From positions 67,347-131,346 of the forward strand of contig JAHWIC010000001.1 in assembly GCA_019322805.1 (NCBI GenBank): a stretch of 64,000 nucleotides of DNA. The letters are read 5' to 3'. Positions 45,814 to 54,584 of the stretch are shown here, one piece after another. The number at the start of each line of letters is the position of its first letter. The stretch's first letter is position 1. Source of the stretch: Candidatus Woesearchaeota archaeon. GTDB lineage: Archaea; Nanobdellota; Nanobdellia; Woesearchaeales; JAHWIC01. The translations under genes and the position numbers were made by a program. Under the pieces are notes generated by a model. The model was not told the origin of the DNA, did not search any database, and worked only from the letters and a program-made list of their open reading frames with translations.

Positions 45814-46612
45814 CCTGGCCAAATTCGCCAATCTTCCTCACAAAACTCAAGAAACCAGTGTGGCCTATGCCGCGAGTCTGCGGCCTTACCTTTCTGCCAT
45901 CAATTTCCCAGTTGCGCTTTATGATTTCCATTGTTCTTTCATGGACAAGATTATTGAATTTGTTTACTTCATTTACAAAGTCACTTGCTTGTGTGATTGA
46001 AGGACTGTAGGAAACAATAAAACCACCAATCTTTAATGCTTTTTCTGCAGGAATAATTGCATTCCATGGCGCAGGCAGGTCAAGTGTTACTAAATCAACA
46101 TCTTTTTCATCAATTCCTTTGTTAACATCTTTCTTTTTTATCTTAAGATTCTTTAAATCAAGGAAATCCTTGTTTTTCTTAGCAATCTTAAAGAAATCAT
46201 CCCTTATCTCATAGGTTGTTACTTCTTTGCAAAAATAAGCTAGATAACAAGCCAAAGCTCCCGAGCCAGCGCCAGCATCTACAATATGGCTGTTCTTGTT
46301 CACACCAGTATAAGAAAGAATAACACCAATATCCTTTATAGATATTATCTGTGCTTCACGCTCTATTCTTTTGTAATCATCTAAAAAGCTAGTTGTAAAT
46401 ATTGAGAATTTCTTCTTTGTGTTTGTCTCAACTATTGAGCCGTCTTTTTTCTTAAGCTCTTTTTTTGCTATAACTCCATCTGCGCAGTGGAAATCCTTAT
46501 TTAGGTCGGAAACAAAATAAGCCCTAGCTTTATCTACTAGAACTGTTTTGCCAATGTCTTTGACAAATTCCTTTCTTTCTTTTTTTATTAGCAATTTTCT
46601 TGTTGGTTTCAT
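45800..46612 (-). CDS. trmI: tRNA (adenine-N1)-methyltransferase TrmI/Gcd14-like
   Basis: 270 aa. The SAM motif VDAGAGSGALACYLAY and a Gcd14-like N-terminal domain are present. Confidence 0.65.
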   Translation of the reverse strand: MKPTRKLLIKKERKEFVKDIGKTVLVDKARAYFVSDLNKDFHCADGVIAKKELKKKDGSIVETNTKKKFSIFTTSFLDDYKRIEREAQIISIKDIGVILSYTGVNKNSHIVDAGAGSGALACYLAYFCKEVTTYEIRDDFFKIAKKNKDFLDLKNLKIKKKDVNKGIDEKDVDLVTLDLPAPWNAIIPAEKALKIGGFIVSYSPSITQASDFVNEVNKFNNLVHERTMEIIKRNWEIDGRKVRPQTRGIGHTGFLSFVRKIGEFGQAKKT

Positions 46613-46635
46613 CTTTGCATCTCCTGAATTTTGGA

Positions 46636-46775
46636 TGGGCCTGACGAGACTTTCGTGCCATAATTGCTCCGCAATTAACGGCGTTCGAACTCGCGATCTA
46701 CAGCTTAGAAGGCTGTCGCCTTATTTGCCTGAGCTAGCGAAGGCCCGCTTGCTCACCAGGCTAGGCTACAGGCCC
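46636..46775 (-). tRNA. Candidate tRNA-Arg (anticodon UCU) interrupted by two non-canonical introns (about 31 nt in the D-loop and about 34 nt in the T-loop near position 59/60)
   Basis: Manual fold on the minus strand. The acceptor stem is GGGCCTG/CAGGCCC, the D-stem is GCCT/AGGC, the anticodon stem is ACAGC/GCTGT with loop CTTCTAA, and the T-stem is GCGAG/CTCGT with loop TTCGAA. The spliced product is a canonical 75-nt cloverleaf. Confidence 0.5.
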
Positions 46776-46814
46776 TTAAGTAGTAGAGAAGAAAAAGCTC
46801 ATTTATAAATATTG

Positions 46815-46940
46815 TTAATTAGCGCCCCACTCTTCAGAGTGTTGAGTGCATTTCTTCTTGTTTTCCCAGTAAACCCAGCATTCTCTGCCGAATTTTTCCC
46901 ATTTAGCGCATCCTTCACAGCATTTAGGTGTGTCTGCCAT
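46815..46940 (-). CDS. Small Cys-rich protein (41 aa; MADTPKCCEGCAKWEKFGRECWVYWENKKKCTQHSEEWGAN), not in the ORF track
   Basis: The ORF ends 5 nt upstream of the top6A start, and the protein has 5 Cys. Confidence 0.35.
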   Translation of the reverse strand: MADTPKCCEGCAKWEKFGRECWVYWENKKKCTQHSEEWGAN

Positions 46941-46944
46941 CTTA

Positions 46945-48027
46945 TTAAGGTAACCATGTTTTAGGATTTTTAAGTTTTTTGGGCAAATAGTCAGAGATTA
47001 CGAAATTTAAGCCGTGCTTTGCTAATGCTTGCTGCTCTGCTCTTACTTTCATGTTAACAAGCTGCTTTATTGCTTTCTGCCATTCTTTATGGTGCTGTAC
47101 AAAAGGGTCATTCTTAACAGCATCTTTTCCCCTCTTAATATCAACCTCTTTCAGAGGGTGTGTTGGCAGCTTATAATCAACAATATCTTGTGGAGTTATT
47201 CCGATAAAGCTTGCATTTGGAACGCAGAAGAATTCATTTATATGGGCTGCATTACCAGAACCTACTTTCAATGTCCTATAGATATTAAAGAAACCATATG
47301 GATCTCCGTCAGTAAATACGTAAACTGGCAACTTCCTCTCGTCACTCAACCTTCTAATAAACCTACGACAGGCCCTTGTAGGAACTCCTCCCAGGCTGAT
47401 GAGAATGCAATTAGCCTTTTTCCAATACTTATGCTTAACTAACCTCTGGAACATACCTGCTGTCTCTATAGCCAGAATAAACTTGGCATTTGTCTGGAAC
47501 TTAAGATGCTCAATTGAAATAGGAATTGAATAAGCACCAGAGCCGAATTTGGTGCAGTCAATCTTTATCTCTTTCTTGGTCTCTGGGTCGCGGTCAATAA
47601 CAATTAATTTGCCAGCTATCTCCCCTCCTTTTTCTTCTGGTATAAAGCCGAGCTGCTCTCTATTAACCATCATCATTGATTCTACGTCATCCATCACTGT
47701 ATCTGATTCTGGCTGTTCCTTGAACATTGCTTCTGCCCAGTTTTTGCTTACATAGTATGCTTCTCTCTTTGTTGCAATATCATCTGTAACAATAAGCTGT
47801 TTAGATAGAGCCATCATTCGCAAAGTTTGAGCAAATGTTTTTACTGTTCCCGCTGTCAAGGTTCTTCCTTTGGTTTTACCTAGCAACTCAAAATAGCCAT
47901 CCTTTGGGTCATACTTAACATTTGATAAGGATCGCAAAGGCATCTTTAACTCTGGCTGTTTTTTCTTTTTTATCTTATCATAAACACCGGTTGCAATCTC
48001 TTTTATCTTTTCAACTACTTTTGTCAT
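46945..48027 (-). CDS. top6A: DNA topoisomerase VI subunit A (Spo11-like)
   Basis: 360 aa. The Toprim motif FTDGDPYG and a CAP/winged-helix domain are present. Confidence 0.85.
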   Translation of the reverse strand: MTKVVEKIKEIATGVYDKIKKKKQPELKMPLRSLSNVKYDPKDGYFELLGKTKGRTLTAGTVKTFAQTLRMMALSKQLIVTDDIATKREAYYVSKNWAEAMFKEQPESDTVMDDVESMMMVNREQLGFIPEEKGGEIAGKLIVIDRDPETKKEIKIDCTKFGSGAYSIPISIEHLKFQTNAKFILAIETAGMFQRLVKHKYWKKANCILISLGGVPTRACRRFIRRLSDERKLPVYVFTDGDPYGFFNIYRTLKVGSGNAAHINEFFCVPNASFIGITPQDIVDYKLPTHPLKEVDIKRGKDAVKNDPFVQHHKEWQKAIKQLVNMKVRAEQQALAKHGLNFVISDYLPKKLKNPKTWLP

Positions 48028-48028
48028 T

Positions 48029-49708
48029 TTATTCAGTTAGTTTAGTTTGTTTTTCCTTGCCTTTAGGCTCTTCTTCAGCTGGTTCTTGCTCGGGTTCTTC
48101 TTTTCCAAAAGTTGCAAGCTCTTCATCATAATCAGGATTATCTACTCCAATCTTCTCTAATTGGCCACGATGCTTCTCTAAAATCTGTTTTAATAATTTT
48201 TCAGTTTTATCCACGTCTTTTATGCCTATGAGTTCCTTTAATGCTGCAGTTACATGGGGTATGTAAGTAGAGATATAATCCCTTCTCTTTGTCTCGGATA
48301 ATATCCTTCTTTTTTTATGGACATACATGGATAATTTTCTTCCACACTCCTGTAAAGCAAGCTTTATTTCCTTTATTATCTCAGGATAGTGTGCAATTGC
48401 CTCTTTGCTTTCAGAAGTGAATGGAACCCAGACAGAGCCTATGTGGACTGCGATTGTGACTGGTCCTTGAGGTAAAGCGCCGCTTGACTGGCTTAAGCCA
48501 TAGCTGCGCCAGTTTGTGGCGACAATCGATTTATTGACTGAACAAGCACCTTGCTGGTAAAGCAATGGCACTCGATTAGCAAATCTAAGCAATCTAACAG
48601 AACCTTCTGCATTTTGCTCGCCACCATAAGCAACTCCAGCCTCAATAACAAATGGATTTCCTCTGTATACAGCTGCTGGTCTTGTGGTAGTAGCATAAAA
48701 TTCTGCATTTATTTCCTTCCTCAAACCTTTTTCCAAAAGGTTAGCACCAATTGGGCTTATGCAGTCAGTAGGTGGAGCAATTATCTTTGTTTTGTTTATA
48801 CCTTCCATCAGCTTTTCAGCCATTTCCCTGGTTACTTCGCGAGGCTTTGTGTTAGGAAGTAAAGCTGCATTCTCACATATTGATTTAGCAGTGCCAGAAC
48901 CGACGCGGGAGAATTCATTTGTTAAGAATGATTGCAAAGTGCGAGATTCAGTTGACTTAAGCATCCTCATCAAAACACCAAGTTCAACACCATAAGGATG
49001 TGGTTTGATTTCCTTTGGCTGTGGGGGGACTTTATCAGAAGCCCTGGCAAATATGAATTGTTCTGCTTTTGGGTTTGTATAAGTCAGAGTAACATGGGGA
49101 TTGACTATTGCAGTTTGTTTGATATACTGGTCAATGCTTTGGTCTCCCTTTTGGTAAGTTCCTTCTAAGTCAAGTTCTATTTTTGTGCCGCGTTCACTTT
49201 TCCATTCAATTTCTTCCTCTTTTATTATATCTGGTTTATTCTTCACTGTATCAATCTTAAGCTCATAATAATGTGCAGGTTGGTTTGGAGAGATTCTAGA
49301 GGTTATTCTTGCTGGCCTTCCGGTTGTTAATTGGGAGTATAAAACAGAAGCAGAGATGCCAATGCCTTGCTGGCCGCGGCTTTGGCTTAGCTTAAAGAAT
49401 TTTGAGCCGTAAAGCAACCTAGCAAATATGTGAGGTATTTGTTTTTTTACTATTCCAGGGCCATTGTCCTCAACAATAACCCTAAAACGGTCATTGCCCA
49501 TGTCAATGACTTCAACAGAAATCTCAGGCAAAACACCCCCTTCTTCGCATGCATCAAGGCTGTTGTCAACTGCTTCCTTTATTGTAGTCATAAGGGCTTT
49601 TCTTTTATTATCAAATCCCAAAAGATGCCTGTTTCTCTCAAAAAACTGGGCAACGCTGATTTCACGTTGTTTTTTTGCCAATTCCTCTGCTATAGGCTCT
49701 TTCTCCAT
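48029..49708 (-). CDS. top6B: DNA topoisomerase VI subunit B (GHKL ATPase)
   Basis: 559 aa. The Bergerat-fold N-box (EAVDNSLDA), the G-box (DNGPGI) and the transducer domain are present. The gene lies immediately upstream of top6A. Confidence 0.85.
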   Translation of the reverse strand: MEKEPIAEELAKKQREISVAQFFERNRHLLGFDNKRKALMTTIKEAVDNSLDACEEGGVLPEISVEVIDMGNDRFRVIVEDNGPGIVKKQIPHIFARLLYGSKFFKLSQSRGQQGIGISASVLYSQLTTGRPARITSRISPNQPAHYYELKIDTVKNKPDIIKEEEIEWKSERGTKIELDLEGTYQKGDQSIDQYIKQTAIVNPHVTLTYTNPKAEQFIFARASDKVPPQPKEIKPHPYGVELGVLMRMLKSTESRTLQSFLTNEFSRVGSGTAKSICENAALLPNTKPREVTREMAEKLMEGINKTKIIAPPTDCISPIGANLLEKGLRKEINAEFYATTTRPAAVYRGNPFVIEAGVAYGGEQNAEGSVRLLRFANRVPLLYQQGACSVNKSIVATNWRSYGLSQSSGALPQGPVTIAVHIGSVWVPFTSESKEAIAHYPEIIKEIKLALQECGRKLSMYVHKKRRILSETKRRDYISTYIPHVTAALKELIGIKDVDKTEKLLKQILEKHRGQLEKIGVDNPDYDEELATFGKEEPEQEPAEEEPKGKEKQTKLTE

Positions 49709-49709
49709 C

Positions 49710-50249
49710 TTAGATTCCTAGCTGCTCTCTTTTTAAGTCCCTTCTTTTTTTCTCCAGCCATTTATAAACATTTGCATGTGTCGAACCTTTGAGTAAAGAT
49801 GTTACTGCCTGCCTTGCAAGGCTGACTGATTCTGAAGGGCCTATGATAGAGATTGTTTTACCATAAACTGATATACTGGATTCTGTCAATTCCTCTATTA
49901 GTTTCCTTGATTTTCCTTCTTTTCCTATAACGCGGCCTTTTAATCTAACCATAGAATTTTTTGTTTTAACATATTCGGCTATTTCTATTATCTCCAAAAC
50001 AAAATCCTGCTTAAGCAAAAGCTTTGCAATATCTGGATTAAAGCCGCGGCCTATAGCCTTTACTAATTCTCTTGCGGTGTACAAACCTAAGGCATCTTTG
50101 CCAGAAATAAAAACATCGCCTTCTCTTGAGTCAACCTTTATTTGTGTTTTTGTATGTTCTTCTAAATCCTTCTTTGATTCTCCATTCTTCCCAATCAGAA
50201 CAGCAACCCTTTCTTTTGGGATCCTCAATTCATACATAAATTCTTCCAT
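49710..50249 (-). CDS. KH-domain RNA-binding protein (archaeal Dim2/Pno1-like)
   Basis: 179 aa with two KH GxxG motifs ([11 protein letters not shown] and [11 protein letters not shown]). It lies downstream of the RIO kinase. Confidence 0.7.
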   Translation of the reverse strand: MEEFMYELRIPKERVAVLIGKNGESKKDLEEHTKTQIKVDSREGDVFISGKDALGLYTARELVKAIGRGFNPDIAKLLLKQDFVLEIIEIAEYVKTKNSMVRLKGRVIGKEGKSRKLIEELTESSISVYGKTISIIGPSESVSLARQAVTSLLKGSTHANVYKWLEKKRRDLKREQLGI

Positions 50250-50261
50250 GGTGGCGATAGT

Positions 50262-50993
50262 TTAGGGTTTTGGTGAAGGTTTTTTAAGTATTTCGTCTTT
50301 TATCTGGCTTTCATCTATCTTTAAGCCAAGTTTTCTGAAAAATGTTGAAATGTTCTTTATGTCACGATCTAGATATTCTTCTGCATATGGATTTTTTAAT
50401 GTTGTACATTGTGAAAAATCTATGAAAACTGGTTTTTCATTAAAGTTAAGGATATTAAAAGCTGATAAATCAGCATGGACTAAGCCGGCGTTATGCAGCT
50501 TTTTCATTTGGGATATTATATCTGCCAAGAATTTCTTTGGATTTTTTGGTTCTTTGTCTTTCAGCCTTGGAGCAATCTCACCGCCAGAACCAATAAATTC
50601 CAAAACAAGGACATTATTTAAGAAAGCTATTGGTGTCGGAACACGGATGTTTGCTTCCCTGGCTTTAAGCAGGTTTCTATACTCACGCTGAGTCCATGCA
50701 AAGATGACTTTGCGTTTCTTTGCTTTCAATGATAAAAACCTAGGATCAACTTTAAGATAATCATACATTCTGTTAAAGTCGCATGTTTCCAAGCGGTAGA
50801 TCTTAACCATAACCCTGCCTGTTTTTGTTTTTGCGGAAAATATATTTGCTTCTTTGCCGATTGATATTGGGCTTTCCAAGCCTTCAAAGTAACCCCTGGT
50901 TATTAATCTATATAATGTGCGGTTTGTAAATTCATCAAATACGCTGTGCATTACCTTGAATTTATCTTTTGGTTTTCTTGGATATTTAGGCAT
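50262..50993 (-). CDS. RIO-type serine/threonine kinase (Rio1-like)
   Basis: 243 aa. The motif ISIGKEANIF and the catalytic LVHADLSAFNIL are present, and there is no Rio2 winged-helix N-terminal domain. Confidence 0.8.
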   Translation of the reverse strand: MPKYPRKPKDKFKVMHSVFDEFTNRTLYRLITRGYFEGLESPISIGKEANIFSAKTKTGRVMVKIYRLETCDFNRMYDYLKVDPRFLSLKAKKRKVIFAWTQREYRNLLKAREANIRVPTPIAFLNNVLVLEFIGSGGEIAPRLKDKEPKNPKKFLADIISQMKKLHNAGLVHADLSAFNILNFNEKPVFIDFSQCTTLKNPYAEEYLDRDIKNISTFFRKLGLKIDESQIKDEILKKPSPKP

Positions 50994-51149
50994 ACAAAAA
51001 AAATAAGAAACAGGGGTATATAAAGGTTTATTATTTACTGCTGATACTACTTTAAAATAGTATCAAAACCGAAACATTTAAATATAAGTTCTACTTTATA
51101 ATAGTAACACGAAAGGGTGGTGAGATTTACGCCTTTTTTTCAATATTGA

Positions 51150-51310
51150 ACCATAACAAGGTTTTACAATCAAGCTAAACACCTCTTTTCCCCGTTAATG
51201 CCCCACAAGGGCGTTTTCGGGGTTTTACAATCAAAATAAGCTCATAATCACCTCTTTTTCCCTGGTGAGGGTTTCGCAAGAGACTCTCGCTGGGGTTTTA
51301 TAATCACTAA
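51150..51310 (+). repeat. About 70-bp degenerate tandem repeat (x2.5) with units ending GGGGTTTTA(C/T)AATCA(A/C), each containing GC-rich hairpins
   Basis: Read directly. GGTTTTACAATCAA starts at about 51151 and 51223, and GGTTTTATAATCAC at about 51293. CACCTCTTTT(T)CCC recurs at 51179 and 51249. Confidence 0.4.
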
Positions 51311-51730
51311 TTATAATCAATAGGTTATTCTCTATAAAATAGCCACAAAACCAAATGTTTTTATACTTGGATACCCTAATGATATTGTTATGCATTGATT
51401 GCGTAACGAAGCCCGTCACGAGAGTACTCAATGGAGCTGACGGCAATGCCAAGCAATGAGCTTGGGGGTTAGTGTTTCGGGCTACAATCCATTAAATGAC
51501 GATTAAAACATAAATAGAGCAAGCATTAAGCGTTTCATCATTATTATTCATTGATTTGACCTTTAAATTGGAAACAAAAAGCAATTTGACCTATGTTGGT
51601 CAAAAAAGCTAAATAGATTTAGGAGCTTGTTCTATTTGTGATGTGGGGAGAAGCTAATGATCATCAATTCATTTATTGTAGTGAGATGTAGTTCAGCTTC
51701 TTCTTAGACTAATGTTCCGGAGGGATTAAA

Positions 51731-53005
51731 ATGGGAAAAGTTAGTATAGTAAGTGCAAAATACATTATTCACGCAACTATCGATATAGAAGGAGTTGTTG
51801 ACAGACCTGATGTAATTGGTGCTATTTTTGGACAAACAGAAGGTTTGCTTGGTTCTGAATTAGAGCTTAGAGAGCTGCAAAGATCTGGCAGAATAGGAAG
51901 AATTGAGGTAAATGTTGATGTAAAATCCGGCAAGACACAAGGAACAATAGTTATTCCTTCTTCTTTGGATAAAGCTGAGACATCTATAGTTGGTGCTGCT
52001 TTAGAGATTATTCAAAGGATAGGGCCTTGCAATGCTAAGATAAAGGTTAGCAATATTGAAGATGTGAGAGTCAGCAAAAGAAGCTTTGTTATAGAAAGGG
52101 CAAAAGAATTGTTGAAAAAGATGACAGAAACAGTTTTGCCTGATAGCCAAGAGCTTGCTGATGAGGTTGCCTACTCAGTTAGAGTTATGGAAATACAAGA
52201 ATATGGCAAAGACCGCTTACCAGCAGGCCCAGCAATTGATGAGTCTGATGAGATTGTTGTTGTTGAAGGCAGAGCTGATGTTATTAACCTGCTAAAGCAT
52301 GGAATCAAGAATGGGATAGCAATGAATGGAACGTCAGTTCCGCAAACAATTATAGACCTAAGCAAGAAAAAGGTTATAACTGCTTTTGTTGATGGTGATA
52401 GAGGTGGAAATTTAATCCTAAAACAGCTGACAATTGTTGCTGATATTGATTATGTAACAAGAGCTCCGGATGGAAAAGAAGTAGAGGAAATAACGAAAAA
52501 GGAAATTCACAAGGCTTTAAGAAGCAGGATATCTGGTGAACAGGCAAAATTAGAGTTAGGAAAAGAACTTGAGAGAATATCTGAAGTTAGAAGGCCACAA
52601 CTGCAACAGCGTTTCCAGCCAAGACATGCTGCACCTTCTGCTCCTCAGACTGTGACTACTCCACGACCTGGTACTTCATTTTCGCAGAAGTTTGTGAAGA
52701 AAACACAAGCTACACCTGAAGAAAAAAAGGTTTTCAATGACATGCTTGAGAACCTGATTGGAACTAGGGGAGCTCATGTGCTTGACTCTAAACTAAATAT
52801 CCTGGGAAAAGTGCCTGTCTCTGAACTGCAGGCAACAATAACAAGCTTAGGCAAAGGAATACATGCTATTGTCTTTGATGGTGTTATAGACAGGGACCTT
52901 GCAAAAACTGCTGAGAGAACAGGAATAAGATATTTGGTTGGCATGGATTCAAAAGTAAAGCCAAATGAAACTAGAGTGAGTGTTCTAACAGTAAATGATC
53001 TTTAG
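51731..53005 (+). CDS. dnaG: Archaeal DnaG-type primase (Toprim)
   Basis: 424 aa. The N-terminal archaeal DnaG region (VVDRPDVIGAIFGQTEGLLG) and the Toprim motifs (VVVEGRADV, DGDRGG) are present. Confidence 0.85.
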   Translation: MGKVSIVSAKYIIHATIDIEGVVDRPDVIGAIFGQTEGLLGSELELRELQRSGRIGRIEVNVDVKSGKTQGTIVIPSSLDKAETSIVGAALEIIQRIGPCNAKIKVSNIEDVRVSKRSFVIERAKELLKKMTETVLPDSQELADEVAYSVRVMEIQEYGKDRLPAGPAIDESDEIVVVEGRADVINLLKHGIKNGIAMNGTSVPQTIIDLSKKKVITAFVDGDRGGNLILKQLTIVADIDYVTRAPDGKEVEEITKKEIHKALRSRISGEQAKLELGKELERISEVRRPQLQQRFQPRHAAPSAPQTVTTPRPGTSFSQKFVKKTQATPEEKKVFNDMLENLIGTRGAHVLDSKLNILGKVPVSELQATITSLGKGIHAIVFDGVIDRDLAKTAERTGIRYLVGMDSKVKPNETRVSVLTVNDL

Positions 53006-53036
53006 TTTTTTCTTTAATTTTTATTTTTAAAAAATA

Positions 53037-53166
53037 AATCTGAAAATTCCTTCCACAACCACTGGAAGGGAATTTTCATCTGCTTTCTTCCCTTTAAGCT
53101 AGAGTATAAAGGAAGTACAGAAGATGATTTTTGCTTTCAGTGGGGAATAAAGCAAAAATCGGATTT
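53037..53166 (+). repeat. Copy C of the intergenic double-hairpin element family
   Basis: It begins AATCTGAAAATTCC, and hairpin 1 is extended (CCTTCCAC/ACTGGAAGG). It continues through GGAATTTTCATC, CCCTTTAAGCTAGAGTATAAAGGAA and GATGATTTTTGC, and ends AGCAAAAATCGGATT. Confidence 0.6.
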
Positions 53167-53219
53167 ATTATTTCTTTAATTGATTTTTTTAAATTGATTT
53201 AAGGCGAAAATAACTTTTT

Positions 53220-54584
53220 TTAACTTACGATATCCAAAGAAAGTGTAGTCCCGCATTCTGGAAGAGAGTTTAGATAGCAGAACCTATTCTTTATTATCTC
53301 TGCAGCTTGTGTGCCTGTGAACTTCAGCTGGTTGTTTATTACATATGCAGGATATGTAGTGATTGCGAATGCTCTTTCAAGGCCGATTTCGTCTGCCTTT
53401 TCCACTACATGCCTGTTGATAGTTATCTGGTCGCCAAATAAGTTTGAAACTTCTTTCATACTGTTATCCATTATTGTTGTGTCTTGGCCAGCTTTCACAA
53501 ACAAGTCTATTGTAGCTGGTTTTGACAGCTTGGTAAAGAAATAATTTGAACCAGAAGCAGTTGGATTAACAAGGTAATTGTCTCCACTCTTTACTAATGC
53601 TCTCTTGAATTTATCGAATTTCATTGTTTCGTTTATTTCGGAGCCGAATACATACGCTGGCAGTACATTTACTCCCAGTTCATTGATCAGTAACCTTCCT
53701 GCAGGAGAGTTTGCATCAACCAATGTGCCTTTTATTCCAGGGAACAGCTGCTTTAGGATATTAAGCATTCTTGATGTATCACAACTTCCACAGGTCCTGT
53801 CATTTATGATCGTTAATTCCACTTCCAAAGGTTCAAGGAACTCGCAGGCTGCTTCTTCTGTGCCTGGCTCTATACAGATGCCTACTTTGCCTGTTTCTAT
53901 GCAGTCTTCATCAGCTGAACAAACTGGTATGAATTCTTCTTCTAGTATAACATCCGGACCTATGTCTGTAGTGGTCGGCGCTCTTTTTATAAGAAGGTAT
54001 AGAATAATGATTGCTATTAATCCTATTATCCTCATGGTTTTTCTGTTTATTTTTATAGGGGTTATCTCTTCTTCAGAATCAGCTTCTTCTTTCTGTTCAA
54101 CTGTTTTCTTAGGCTTTGGCTTCTCTTCTTTTGGTTCTGGTTTGCTTTGAGGCTTCTTTTCCTCAGCCTTTTTTTCTTCCTTAAGTTTTTCCTTGGCCTC
54201 TTCTTTTCTTGTTTCAGAAACCTTGGCTTCCTTAAAATTTTTTGCTGGCTTTTTTTCAACTAACTTCTGTTCTTCTAACTCCTCCAGCTCCTTAGAAACC
54301 CAGTCTTCCTGTTTCTTGGATTCTTTTTCTGCCTCTTTCTCTACTTCATCAAGTATATGATTAGCTGTTTCTTTCTTTTCTTCCCCATAACCCTTTATAT
54401 CATCAGTAGTTAATTCCTCATATTTTTCTTCTATTCTAACTCCAAGCTCATCAAGCCTTTTTTCTATCCTCCTTTTTCCCTTCTCGTATTCCTCTTCCGA
54501 GATTATATTTGCCTCTAGGCTCTCTTTTAAGAACCTTAATTCCTTTTCCAAGCGTTCTTTTTCATCGTCCATTTTATTCAGCAA
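53220..54584 (-). CDS. Membrane-anchored protein with a long K/E-rich cytoplasmic coiled-coil and an extracytoplasmic Cys-rich thioredoxin-fold-like domain (CGSC)
   Basis: 454 aa with a single TM (IIGLIAIIILYLLI). The CGSC CxxC motif and additional Cys pairs are present. Confidence 0.5.
   Translation of the reverse strand: MLNKMDDEKERLEKELRFLKESLEANIISEEEYEKGKRRIEKRLDELGVRIEEKYEELTTDDIKGYGEEKKETANHILDEVEKEAEKESKKQEDWVSKELEELEEQKLVEKKPAKNFKEAKVSETRKEEAKEKLKEEKKAEEKKPQSKPEPKEEKPKPKKTVEQKEEADSEEEITPIKINRKTMRIIGLIAIIILYLLIKRAPTTTDIGPDVILEEEFIPVCSADEDCIETGKVGICIEPGTEEAACEFLEPLEVELTIINDRTCGSCDTSRMLNILKQLFPGIKGTLVDANSPAGRLLINELGVNVLPAYVFGSEINETMKFDKFKRALVKSGDNYLVNPTASGSNYFFTKLSKPATIDLFVKAGQDTTIMDNSMKEVSNLFGDQITINRHVVEKADEIGLERAFAITTYPAYVINNQLKFTGTQAAEIIKNRFCYLNSLPECGTTLSLDIVS

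Noticed and set aside
46636-46775. Alternative reading of the 140-nt GGGCCTG...CAGGCCC structure as an SRP/7S or other medium-sized ncRNA
   Set aside because: The length and motifs do not fit SRP RNA or RNase P RNA. The segment resolves cleanly into a tRNA-Arg cloverleaf once two insertions are removed, so the two-intron tRNA model is preferred, while remaining unverified.
51150-51310. Possible mini-CRISPR array (repeats GGTTTTACAATCAA spaced about 70 bp apart)
   Set aside because: There are only 2.5 units. The repeats are short and degenerate, and the would-be spacers are themselves similar to each other (CACCTCTTTTCCC recurs). No cas genes are in the window. A degenerate tandem repeat is a better description.
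51231-51452. 73-aa minus-strand ORF in the large non-coding region
   Set aside because: It spans the GC-rich hairpin and tandem-repeat segments, has no start context or recognisable fold, and its composition is atypical. Most likely a chance ORF over structured non-coding DNA.
53037-53166. ORB/mini-ORB-like sequence (CCACTGGAAGGG) in copy C suggesting a replication origin
   Set aside because: It is present in only one of the four copies, as part of a variable hairpin loop, and no orc1/cdc6 gene is nearby. Most likely coincidental.
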